Source: Candidatus Wallbacteria bacterium GWC2_49_35
GTDB lineage: Bacteria; Muiribacteriota; UBA9980
Direction: 5' to 3'
Assembly (NCBI GenBank): GCA_001791795.1
Contig: MGFH01000246.1
Coordinates: 958-64,957, forward strand
DNA length: 64,000 nucleotides
A model generated the notes under the pieces. That model saw only the letters and a program-made list of their open reading frames with translations. It made no database searches and was not told the DNA's origin. Position 1 is the stretch's first letter, and each line of letters opens with the position of its first letter. Shown here piece after piece: positions 8,777 through 17,429 of the stretch. Made by a program: the position numbers and the translations under genes.

Positions 8777-10417
8777 ATGAAATTTAATATTTCCTTTTCC
8801 GCGAAACGTTTCGCGCTCGCCACCCTGGTTTGCGCGATCGCAATTTTGTCTCCGGCTTTCTGCCTTGCGGCGGACGAATTGTTGGTGACCCTTAATTTTA
8901 AATACGGCATTAAAAACCTTGAAATTGAAAAAGAGTCGTTCAAAACCGACGAGCACAACCTTTATTTCAGCTCGCTCTTAAAAGACGGCGGCAGACGCTG
9001 GCATAAGATACAGCTCATTGACGGCGCCGCCGATGTTTCCGGCGAAGATTTCAACTCGGAGCCCCGGCCCGGCCTCGCCGGATGCGAAATAGCCGGCCTC
9101 AACGAAAAAAAAGATCGCGCCATCCTTAAAAACATGGTGTGCGACGGCAAAATACTGTTCAGCGTCCCTCTGGAAATAAATAAAAAAAAGTATCACGCCG
9201 CGGTCGTTTCCGACTGGCATCTTTACATTTTTTCATACGGCGATCTGTTTGCGGGCAGGTCTTTTCCTGTTTATAAGGTCCCGGCGGGCGCCGAACCGCA
9301 CGCGGCAATATATTCTAAAAACCATATATTTATCGTCACCGGAGATTTTATCGCCGGATTCAGGATAGCCGACTCGCTGACCGATCGCGAGAGCAAGATC
9401 CTCGCGCCTTCCGTTTCTGCCCTGAACGCTTCCGACGCCGTCCGGGCGAGCGTTTCGATTTCCGACGGCACCATCAACGACTTCGACTGCGCCGCGCGAT
9501 TTGCGGCGTCGAACGATATAGTCTATAAAAAGATCGCCGCGGCTAAAAATGTCATCACCTCGCCGCAGGAAAATTTTGTTTACCTGCTCATGGGCTTCGG
9601 CTTCGGCAACGCCAACATATACTCTATGAACCTCGACTTCGAGTTTGCAAAACTCACCAACTTCAGCGGCGCGATGTTCGATTTCAGCCTGATAGACCCT
9701 GAAACGAAATCGTTTTCGGTCAGGCATTCGGCCGACCCGCTGATGAAAAGCCCCGGCGGCCGAAACGAGTGGAAATTAACGCCACCGTCTTCGATAGGCG
9801 GCGCTTCCGAGGTCCCGCTCCTGATGAGGGCCGGCGGCGGCGCATCGCTTAAAGGCGCGGTTTTTTCAAGACACAGAGCGACCGGTGAAAACTATCTTAA
9901 AATTTCACGCGCGAGCGGCGAAGTCTCGCTCACGCTCGAACTCGTCGGCGAAAACGACGACACTGCTGAAACCGTAGCGGCCTTCGATATTCACGAAAAC
10001 CTCGCCAACGCCTGGCCGGAATATCCCGCCGCCCTTTCCTCGAACACCCGCCGCCCCCTTGCGTTTTTTTACGATCAAGCCGGCCGGACTTTCCGCGTTT
10101 ACGACATTAAAAGAAATAAAGAATACGACTCGTTCTATCACAACTTCGGTTCCGCCGTAATAAGCGGCGTCAGGTTCAGTTTCGACAACGAATTCGTTAT
10201 GTTCAGGGCCGAGCACTTCGAAGACGGAAAAAGCGCGCCGGTTTCCTCCGCCATGTACGTTTACAAAATCATCAATAAAACCTTGATGCAGATCGCCGCG
10301 CACCGGACTATCGGCGATTTCGACTGCATAAAGCACGAAAACAAACATAAGGTTATTTTAATATACAGCCGCGATAAAGAGTATTGCGATTCCATAGGCG
10401 CGCTCACTATAGAGTAG
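8777..10417 (+). CDS. Secreted hypothetical protein
   Basis: 546-aa ORF with signal peptide (ATLVCAIAILSPAFCLAADE). No family recognised. Confidence 0.5.
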   Translation: MKFNISFSAKRFALATLVCAIAILSPAFCLAADELLVTLNFKYGIKNLEIEKESFKTDEHNLYFSSLLKDGGRRWHKIQLIDGAADVSGEDFNSEPRPGLAGCEIAGLNEKKDRAILKNMVCDGKILFSVPLEINKKKYHAAVVSDWHLYIFSYGDLFAGRSFPVYKVPAGAEPHAAIYSKNHIFIVTGDFIAGFRIADSLTDRESKILAPSVSALNASDAVRASVSISDGTINDFDCAARFAASNDIVYKKIAAAKNVITSPQENFVYLLMGFGFGNANIYSMNLDFEFAKLTNFSGAMFDFSLIDPETKSFSVRHSADPLMKSPGGRNEWKLTPPSSIGGASEVPLLMRAGGGASLKGAVFSRHRATGENYLKISRASGEVSLTLELVGENDDTAETVAAFDIHENLANAWPEYPAALSSNTRRPLAFFYDQAGRTFRVYDIKRNKEYDSFYHNFGSAVISGVRFSFDNEFVMFRAEHFEDGKSAPVSSAMYVYKIINKTLMQIAAHRTIGDFDCIKHENKHKVILIYSRDKEYCDSIGALTIE

Positions 10418-10464
10418 CCGCGTTAAACCGCCGCGCGCGTCTTGTAAAAAACGGAGCACATCTG

Positions 10465-11613
10465 ATGTCCAGCGATAAGATCTCCTGGGTAGAAATTTCA
10501 AAAAAAGCCGTCATTAACAACATCGACGTAATGCGCGCGAGGGTGAGACCCGGCGTGAAAATAATGGCCGTCGTCAAGGCGAACGCATACGGGCACGGCC
10601 TGAGTGAAGTTGCCTCGATAGCGGCCGCCCACGGCGTCGACTTCTTCGGCGTCAACTGCCTCGACGAGGCAGTCAGGCTCCGGAGCATGAAGATAAAAAC
10701 ACCGATCCTGGTCCTGGGCTACACGCCGCTGGCCAACCTCAAAGACGCCGTCAGCCACGACGTGTCTCTTGTCGTCTATAACGCCGAAACCGTCAGCCGC
10801 CTCCAGGAGGCCGCCGCCAAATGTAAAAAGAACGCGAAGATCCACGTAAAGATCGAGACCGGGCTCAACAGGCAGGGTGTTACGCGCGAGAACCTTTCCG
10901 AATTTTTAAAACTCGTCAGAAGCAAGAAAAATATCGAGGTCGAAGGAATATCGACCCATTACGCCAACATAGAAGATACGACCGAGCACAGCTACGCGCG
11001 CAAGCAGGTCGAAAATTTTTGCGAGGCGCACGAAATGTTCAACGCGGCGGGCGTCGCCGTAAAATACCGCCACACGGCCTGCACTGCGGCCGCGATACTT
11101 TTCGACAACGTGCATTTCGAAATGATAAGGCTCGGCATCGGCCTCTACGGCCTGTGGCCTTCAAAAGAAACCAAGATATCCGCCTACGAAAGAAAGATAA
11201 GCGAATTCAACCTCATGCCCGTAATGAAATGGAAGACCATCGTGGCGCAGGTCAAGGAAGTGGAGGCCAATTCCTGCATAGGCTACGGCTGCTCCGATTT
11301 CGTGACCCAGGCGAGCAGGATCGCCGTCATTCCGGCCGGCTACTACGACGGCTACGACCGAAAGCTCTCCAACAGCGGATACGTCATAATCCGCGGGCGA
11401 CGCGCGCCCGTGCTGGGGCGTATCTGCATGAACATGTTCATAGTGGATGTGACCAATATCGAGGGCGTGAAAAGCGAGGACGAGGTCCTTCTGCTGGGCG
11501 CCTCCGAAGACGACGCCATATCCGCCGAAACCCTGGCATCGAAGATAGGCACGATCAACTACGAGGTAGTGACGCGCATCAACGAATCGCTGCCGAGGAT
11601 CGTGACCGCCTGA
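10465..11613 (+). CDS. alr: Alanine racemase
   Basis: Track start 10384 trimmed to ATG 10465 (MSSDKISW...) with GGAG 8 nt upstream. PLP-lysine motif VVKANAYGHG. Alr C-terminal domain. Confidence 0.9.
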   Translation: MSSDKISWVEISKKAVINNIDVMRARVRPGVKIMAVVKANAYGHGLSEVASIAAAHGVDFFGVNCLDEAVRLRSMKIKTPILVLGYTPLANLKDAVSHDVSLVVYNAETVSRLQEAAAKCKKNAKIHVKIETGLNRQGVTRENLSEFLKLVRSKKNIEVEGISTHYANIEDTTEHSYARKQVENFCEAHEMFNAAGVAVKYRHTACTAAAILFDNVHFEMIRLGIGLYGLWPSKETKISAYERKISEFNLMPVMKWKTIVAQVKEVEANSCIGYGCSDFVTQASRIAVIPAGYYDGYDRKLSNSGYVIIRGRRAPVLGRICMNMFIVDVTNIEGVKSEDEVLLLGASEDDAISAETLASKIGTINYEVVTRINESLPRIVTA

Positions 11614-11802
11614 GCGCGCGAACGGACCTTACTTAAAGTGGAGAGTGGAGAACTAAGGTTTTTTGACTATTAAAAACATGGCGGAGTTCTGATACATAAT
11701 AAAATATCCCCGGCGTTTACTCTCTGCCATCCGTTCTCAACTCTTAACTAATAATTATCCGCATGAAATGAACAGGGGTTAAATTCTTATTTTATATTGA
11801 AA

Positions 11803-13920
11803 TTAATTAATAGTTGATATCTTGGCGCCGCTAAAGTAATGCTTTATAATGTCGGCGTGTTTTTTGCCCTCGCCGGCCATTCCGTACGCTCCGCTCTGGC
11901 ACATTCCTACGCCGTGGCCGAAACCGGCGCCTATGAACATGAAAAACCTCGGCTTGCCTTTTTTGTCGTAAGCCGTTTCGACTATGAACTTCGACGAGCG
12001 CAGCGGCGAATACGAAAAAAGTCTCCTTATTTTGAGTTCGTTCTTGATGACCTTCTTCCCCTTCGAGCCCACTATTTCCAGCGAATCGACGTGCCCCGAA
12101 AAAGCCCTTCTGCGCGGTATAACCCTCAAAACGTCCCCGACGCCGAGGTCACGAAGCGACTCGTTCATGAATTTCGCGTCTATCTTCCGAATCCATCTGG
12201 ACTGGTAGTTTTTTATGGCTCCCGAGGCCCGGCAGTACGAATCGCCGGCGGACGCCACGAACCGCTCCAGAAAAAGCGGGCTGAAAATATCGTGCCCGTT
12301 TCCCTCGCGCCTCAGGTTGCTCACGGATCTGAGATACTTCGCGTCGCCCCATCCGCTTATGTCCGCGCTGGACTGAGTGTGGCCGCCGCAGTTGTCCGAA
12401 TAAATGGCGTCGCAGACCTTGTCTTTATAGGTGATTATCTTTCCGGCAGTTTTAACGACCGCGTCAGTAGCGGCCGGGCTTTCCCATGAAACGCCCCGAT
12501 ACATCTGACAGTGCTGGTCGTCGCAGAGGTCGTATCCGTATTTCGAATGCCTCTTTATGACGTTCTTTTTGTAAAGCGCTTCCGAGCGCGCGCATATGGC
12601 CTGCGCCATCAGCGCTTCTTTCGGAAACTTCGGCGGCATCTCGGAGGGCAGCACCGAGGCGAGATAACTTTCGAGTTCCACTTTGTTTATTATATTAAAA
12701 TTAACGCCTTTCGCGATGAATTTGAATCCGCCTCTGTAGTAGCGTGCCTCGGAAGATTCCCAGGGGCTGCCCGCACCTACCCTGACGCCCTTGAAAAGCA
12801 CCGTGTCGGCCGCCGCGGCCGGCTTCAGAAAAACGTTGCCGCGGCCCAGCCTGAAAGACCTTTTGCTTGTATTATTCGTGATATGGAATTCGCCTTTTTT
12901 GAAATAGAGCTCGTATTCGTTTTCATTCGTATTCGAATCGTTGCCGGTGAAAAGGCGCTTGCCGTTCTTATCGGCGTATATTGAAAATCGGCCGGAAGAC
13001 TTGAGCTTTATCGAAGAAAGCCCCAGCGGTTCTCCTTTTTCATTCGTATTAAGTCCGATGAGCACTTCGTGTCCCCCTGCACCTTCCACCGCAGAGACCT
13101 TTCGGGGCTCCGGCTGTTTCGAGTGCGCGGAAGGGGGCTTTTCCGCCATCAATTTCCTGTAAAGGCCTGAAAGCTCGCCGTATATTTTTTTTATCTCATA
13201 ATCGTTCTTTATTTTTTCGCTGATCCTTTTATAATATTTATAGGCGTTTTCGATATCCCCGCTTTTCAACAACAGAGGGGCCGCGTCTAAAAGTATTTCG
13301 AAGTTGGACGTATCGTTTTTATAGGCTTTCAAATACGCCTCCCTTGCGCCGGCTATATTCCCTTTTTTTTCGAGGGCGCGGGCGTAAAGGTGCAGATAAG
13401 GAGAAAAATCTGGAAAGACCGCGTTAAGTTTCGCGAGAGTATCCGCGGCCTCGGCGTAATTCTTAATCTCCATTTCATCGAGCGCTTTGAGCAGCAGAAC
13501 GCTTCTTTGCGAATCGACGCTTTTTTTCACCGATTCCTTTAACAACGGAGCCAGGGCTTCCAGCGAATCCCTGTATTCGCCGTTCAGGTATCTCGAGAAC
13601 GCGTAATAATAGCCGGCCGAAAAATTGCCGGGCTCCCTCTTCATGGCCTGAACGTAGGCTCCGGCGGCGCCGGCCGAATCGCCGAGCTGCCTTAAAACGT
13701 GACCCTTCATCAAAATCAGGTCGAGACGATCGGGTTTGCGTTTAATAAGCGCGTCCAGGCGGGCAAGGGCATTCTCGTGCATTCCGCCGTAATACATGGT
13801 AAGAACATCGCCGTCGTCGGCGGAAAGGCCCATGAACGGCTCCTGGTTAGGCCATGAGATGCGAAGCGTCAGAACAAATATGAACGTGGCGGTTATAAAT
13901 GCTAGAATAATCTTTTTCAT
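11803..13920 (-). CDS. Membrane-anchored TPR-repeat protein with C-terminal SpoIID/LytB domain
   Basis: N-terminal TM. About 250 aa of TPR-like repeats. C-terminal region with conserved SpoIID/LytB blocks (YLASVLPSEMP..., ALMAQAICARSEAL, DDQHCQMYRG, YSDNCGGHTQS, GHGVGMCQSGA). Confidence 0.8.
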   Translation of the reverse strand: MKKIILAFITATFIFVLTLRISWPNQEPFMGLSADDGDVLTMYYGGMHENALARLDALIKRKPDRLDLILMKGHVLRQLGDSAGAAGAYVQAMKREPGNFSAGYYYAFSRYLNGEYRDSLEALAPLLKESVKKSVDSQRSVLLLKALDEMEIKNYAEAADTLAKLNAVFPDFSPYLHLYARALEKKGNIAGAREAYLKAYKNDTSNFEILLDAAPLLLKSGDIENAYKYYKRISEKIKNDYEIKKIYGELSGLYRKLMAEKPPSAHSKQPEPRKVSAVEGAGGHEVLIGLNTNEKGEPLGLSSIKLKSSGRFSIYADKNGKRLFTGNDSNTNENEYELYFKKGEFHITNNTSKRSFRLGRGNVFLKPAAAADTVLFKGVRVGAGSPWESSEARYYRGGFKFIAKGVNFNIINKVELESYLASVLPSEMPPKFPKEALMAQAICARSEALYKKNVIKRHSKYGYDLCDDQHCQMYRGVSWESPAATDAVVKTAGKIITYKDKVCDAIYSDNCGGHTQSSADISGWGDAKYLRSVSNLRREGNGHDIFSPLFLERFVASAGDSYCRASGAIKNYQSRWIRKIDAKFMNESLRDLGVGDVLRVIPRRRAFSGHVDSLEIVGSKGKKVIKNELKIRRLFSYSPLRSSKFIVETAYDKKGKPRFFMFIGAGFGHGVGMCQSGAYGMAGEGKKHADIIKHYFSGAKISTIN

Positions 13921-13975
13921 CGAATGTTTTATCGGAAAAATAATTCAAAATTTAATTATATTTATTCAACTTTTA

Positions 13976-14004
13976 TTGAAATTATCGAATAACTTTGATA
14001 TAAT
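13976..14004 (+). promoter_or_regulatory. Consensus sigma70 promoter for pyk (TTGAAA-N17-TATAAT)
   Basis: ttgaaa 13976-13981, exact 17-nt spacer, tataat 13999-14004. AAAGGAG Shine-Dalgarno before the ATG at 14063. Confidence 0.5.
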
Positions 14005-14062
14005 ACTGCCGAACTCCAAAAGCATTTATTGTTATTATATAAGATAGTTAAAGGAGACCCCG

Positions 14063-15751
14063 ATGTTCAATTTAACGAAGATAATCTGCACCATAGGACC
14101 GTCTTCTGGAAATCCGGCCACGATAACACGCCTTATGGAAGCCGGAATGGACGTAGCGCGCCTTAACTTTTCACACGGCACTCACGAAAGCCATCTGGCC
14201 AACATAACTATGATAAGACAGGCCGCTAAAGAGCTCGGCTGCCGCACCGCGATCCTCGCCGACCTTCAGGGTCCCAAAATAAGGGTCAGCAAGCTGCCCG
14301 ACTCGAAGCCCATAACCCTTACCGACGGCGCCGAAGTGACCATAACCACCCGCGAGAATTGTTTCGGGCCCGACATCATACCGACCATATACAAAAACCT
14401 TCCGCTCGACGTCAAAGCCGGATCCACCATTCTTTTAGACGACGGCCTGCTCGAACTCAAGGTCATCGAAGTGAAGTCCGCGACCGACATTTTATGCCGC
14501 GTCACAAAAGGCGGGCTCCTCAAGGAAAAAAAGGGCATAAACCTTCCCGACGCGAGCGTGTCGGCGCCTCCGGTCACCGAAAAAGATTTTGAAGACCTCG
14601 AATTTGCGCTCGCGAACGGCGTGGATTACGTAGCACTCTCCTTCGTCCGCCACGCAAGCGATATAGAGAACGTCAAGCGCTTCATACATAAAAAGTCGAT
14701 GAACACGCCTGTGGTGGCCAAAATCGAGCGCCCCGAAGCCGTCGTGAACATCGACAGCATTCTAAAGGCCGCCGACGCCGTAATGGTCGCCCGCGGCGAC
14801 ATGGGAGTCGAACTCGCCCCCGAAAAGGTCCCCCGCATACAAAAAAGCATAATACAAAAATGCAACCTCGAGGGCAAACCCGTCATCGTGGCCACGCAGA
14901 TGCTCGAATCGATGATCTCCAACCCCCGCCCGACCAGGGCCGAGGCATCCGACATAGCCAACGCCATACTCGACGGGACCGACGCCATAATGCTTTCCGG
15001 CGAAACGGCCAGCGGCCTGTATCCCGTCGAAGCGGTCAAAATGATGTCGGCGATAGCCCGGGAGGTCGAACCCGTAATAGTTTCGCGCGACCACGAATTG
15101 AAGACCCGCGTGCTCAACCCGCTATACGGCGCGGCGGACAGCCTCTGCTACGCGACGGGAGCGGCCGCGGCCGAAATAAAGGCGAAACTCATCGTGACAT
15201 ATACCGAGAGCGGCTCGACCGCGCTGCTGGTCTCCAAATACCGCCCGCGCACCCCGATTCTCGCCATCACCATGTCGGAGGAGATCGGAAGGCGCGTTAA
15301 TCTTTACTGGGGCGTGATCCCCACCGTCATCGAAAAGGCGGCTTCGACCGACCGGATGATGCAGCTCGCCGAAAAGGCCGCGCTCGATTCAGGATTCGCC
15401 TCGCCCGGCGATTACATAATCATCACCGGCGGAGTGCCCGTAGGACAGTCCGGCTCGACCAACCTCATGAAGGTCCACAAGATCGGCCTTTCATCGGCCG
15501 GCGCGGCCGCCGCCGACCGCAGGCGCGTGACCGCAAGCTGTCCCGAAACCGGCACGGCCGTGTGCATAGACCCTGAAAAATGCGTCGGATGCGGCATCTG
15601 CGTGAGCTGCTGCCCATTTAAAATATTCGGATACCAGAACAATAAAATTTTCATAAACTCCGAAAATGTCGGCGGGTGCGCGGCCGAAAAAATGTGCGTA
15701 AAAAAATGCCCGGCCGGCGCAATAAGCGTAACCGTAAATAAAAACGATTAA
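14063..15751 (+). CDS. pyk: Pyruvate kinase with a C-terminal ~88-aa [4Fe-4S] ferredoxin-like extension
   Basis: N-terminus KIICTIGPSS...ARLNFSHG and the MVARGDLG motif identify pyruvate kinase. The canonical end (TNLMKVHKIG, ~aa 475) is followed in frame by CIDPEKCVGCGICVSCCP (CxxCxxCxxxCP) and GGCAAEKMCVKKCP. Confidence 0.85.
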   Translation: MFNLTKIICTIGPSSGNPATITRLMEAGMDVARLNFSHGTHESHLANITMIRQAAKELGCRTAILADLQGPKIRVSKLPDSKPITLTDGAEVTITTRENCFGPDIIPTIYKNLPLDVKAGSTILLDDGLLELKVIEVKSATDILCRVTKGGLLKEKKGINLPDASVSAPPVTEKDFEDLEFALANGVDYVALSFVRHASDIENVKRFIHKKSMNTPVVAKIERPEAVVNIDSILKAADAVMVARGDMGVELAPEKVPRIQKSIIQKCNLEGKPVIVATQMLESMISNPRPTRAEASDIANAILDGTDAIMLSGETASGLYPVEAVKMMSAIAREVEPVIVSRDHELKTRVLNPLYGAADSLCYATGAAAAEIKAKLIVTYTESGSTALLVSKYRPRTPILAITMSEEIGRRVNLYWGVIPTVIEKAASTDRMMQLAEKAALDSGFASPGDYIIITGGVPVGQSGSTNLMKVHKIGLSSAGAAAADRRRVTASCPETGTAVCIDPEKCVGCGICVSCCPFKIFGYQNNKIFINSENVGGCAAEKMCVKKCPAGAISVTVNKND

Positions 15752-15777
15752 TAAACGGGAAAACGGGGACCATCTTC

Positions 15778-17406
15778 ATGATCGACACTGACAATAATAA
15801 CGAAGCCGCCGCGGCGGAATTAAGAGAAGAAAACAAACGCCTTTCGGCCGAACTGGAGTCGCTGAAAAAAGAAAACGAAGCGCTCCGCTCGGGCAGGGCC
15901 AAGCTCGAAACGATGCTCGAAAGCATCGGCGAAGGCGTTATCGCCGTCGGGTGCGATCTCGCGGTTATCTTCGCGAATAACGCCGCCGCCGCGATATGCG
16001 GTTTCGACGGCGGCGCCGTAACAGGACGCCCGGTCTCGGACGCGCTGCGGCTCATAAACGCCGCGAGCCGCGAACCGGCGCCCAACCCCGTTGAAAAGAC
16101 ACTGCAGACACGCCAGACCGTCGGGCTGGAACATAACAGCATAATAGTGACGCCCGCGGGCGAAGAAAAATTTCTTTCGGCCTCGAGCGCGCCGATATTC
16201 GACGGCGGCGGGGCGTTGAGCGGAGCCATACTGGTTTTCCGCGACATTTCCGACCGCCGGAAAATGGAAGAGGAACTTCTGAAGGTCAGCAAACTCGAGT
16301 CGCTCGGAGTCCTCGCAGGCGGCATCGCCCACGATTTCAACAATCTTCTTACCGGCATTACCGGCAACATTTCCTACGCGAAATTCATCATAGACGATGA
16401 AAGCCCCGCGCAGGAAGCGCTTAACACGGCGGAAGAGATCGCATTCAAGGCGAAAGACCTTACCGCGCAGTTCCGCACATTTTCAAAGGGCGGCGCGCCC
16501 GTAAAAAAAATAGTTTTTCTTTCCGAGACCCTCCGGCCGGCAGTAGAATTCGCACTGCGCGGAACGAAGGTCAGGGCCTCCTACGACATAGAAGCCGCAT
16601 TGTGGCCGGCGGAGATCGACGAAGGCCAGATCAGCCAGCTCATCGCCAATATCGCGATCAACGCGGCGCAGGCCATGCCCGACGGCGGCCGGCTCTTCGT
16701 CCGCGCCTCCAACGAAACTGCGGCGCCGGGAAACCACATGAATCTTTCCGCCGGAAAATACCTGCGCATTTCATTCCGTGACGAAGGGCACGGCATACAC
16801 CCGGAAAACATCGCGAAGATCTTCGACCCTTATTTTTCGACGCGACGCGCGGGAGACGGTCTCGGTCTTACTGCATCATACTCGATCGCAAGAAAGCACG
16901 GCGGCATAATCACGGTGGAATCCACTCACGGCAGGGGCGCCATTTTCAGCTTGCTGCTGCCAGCCCTGCCGGAAGCAGGCGCCCCCTCATGCCTGTCCCC
17001 GGGCCCGGCAATTTCGGCGGCCGGCAAAGGCCGGAAAATACTGGTCATGGACGATGAAAGCATCGTCAGGGAAGTGACCGCGAACCTGCTGAAGCACCTG
17101 GGTTACGAAGTGCGCACCGTGAAGAACGGCAGCGAGGCTATCGCGGCGTATATGGAAGCGGGAAAAGACCTGAAGCCTTTCGACGCGATGATACTCGACC
17201 TGTTCGTTCCGGGCGACCTGGGCGGGCCGGAAGTGGTAAAAACGCTCGCCGGCGCGGGCGAAAAAGTAAAAGCCATCGCCGCGAGCGGCTTTTCGAACGA
17301 AACCATAATGGCGAAATACCGTGATTACGGCTTCTGCGCGGTAGTGTCGAAGCCGTACAAGATCAAGGAATTAGACGAGCTGCTTCAAAGCGTGATCGAA
17401 AAATAA
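15778..17406 (+). CDS. Hybrid sensor histidine kinase (coiled coil, PAS, HisKA, HATPase, C-terminal receiver)
   Basis: Coiled coil (ELREENKRLSAELESLKKENEALRS). PAS domain. H-box GIAHDFNNLL. ATPase G-boxes (GDGLGL). Receiver (KILVMDDE...DAMILDLFVPG). Confidence 0.85.
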   Translation: MIDTDNNNEAAAAELREENKRLSAELESLKKENEALRSGRAKLETMLESIGEGVIAVGCDLAVIFANNAAAAICGFDGGAVTGRPVSDALRLINAASREPAPNPVEKTLQTRQTVGLEHNSIIVTPAGEEKFLSASSAPIFDGGGALSGAILVFRDISDRRKMEEELLKVSKLESLGVLAGGIAHDFNNLLTGITGNISYAKFIIDDESPAQEALNTAEEIAFKAKDLTAQFRTFSKGGAPVKKIVFLSETLRPAVEFALRGTKVRASYDIEAALWPAEIDEGQISQLIANIAINAAQAMPDGGRLFVRASNETAAPGNHMNLSAGKYLRISFRDEGHGIHPENIAKIFDPYFSTRRAGDGLGLTASYSIARKHGGIITVESTHGRGAIFSLLLPALPEAGAPSCLSPGPAISAAGKGRKILVMDDESIVREVTANLLKHLGYEVRTVKNGSEAIAAYMEAGKDLKPFDAMILDLFVPGDLGGPEVVKTLAGAGEKVKAIAASGFSNETIMAKYRDYGFCAVVSKPYKIKELDELLQSVIEK

Positions 17407-17429
17407 AACGGCGGCGGTATTAAAAAGTA

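Noticed and set aside
7984-8958. 324-aa minus-strand ORF inside the pullulanase gene
   Set aside because: Antisense shadow ORF. The pullulanase frame has unambiguous GH13 motifs.
11019-11636. Arg-rich 205-aa plus ORF overlapping alr in another frame
   Set aside because: Extreme Arg/Gly/His composition with no motif. Off-frame artefact of a GC-rich stretch.
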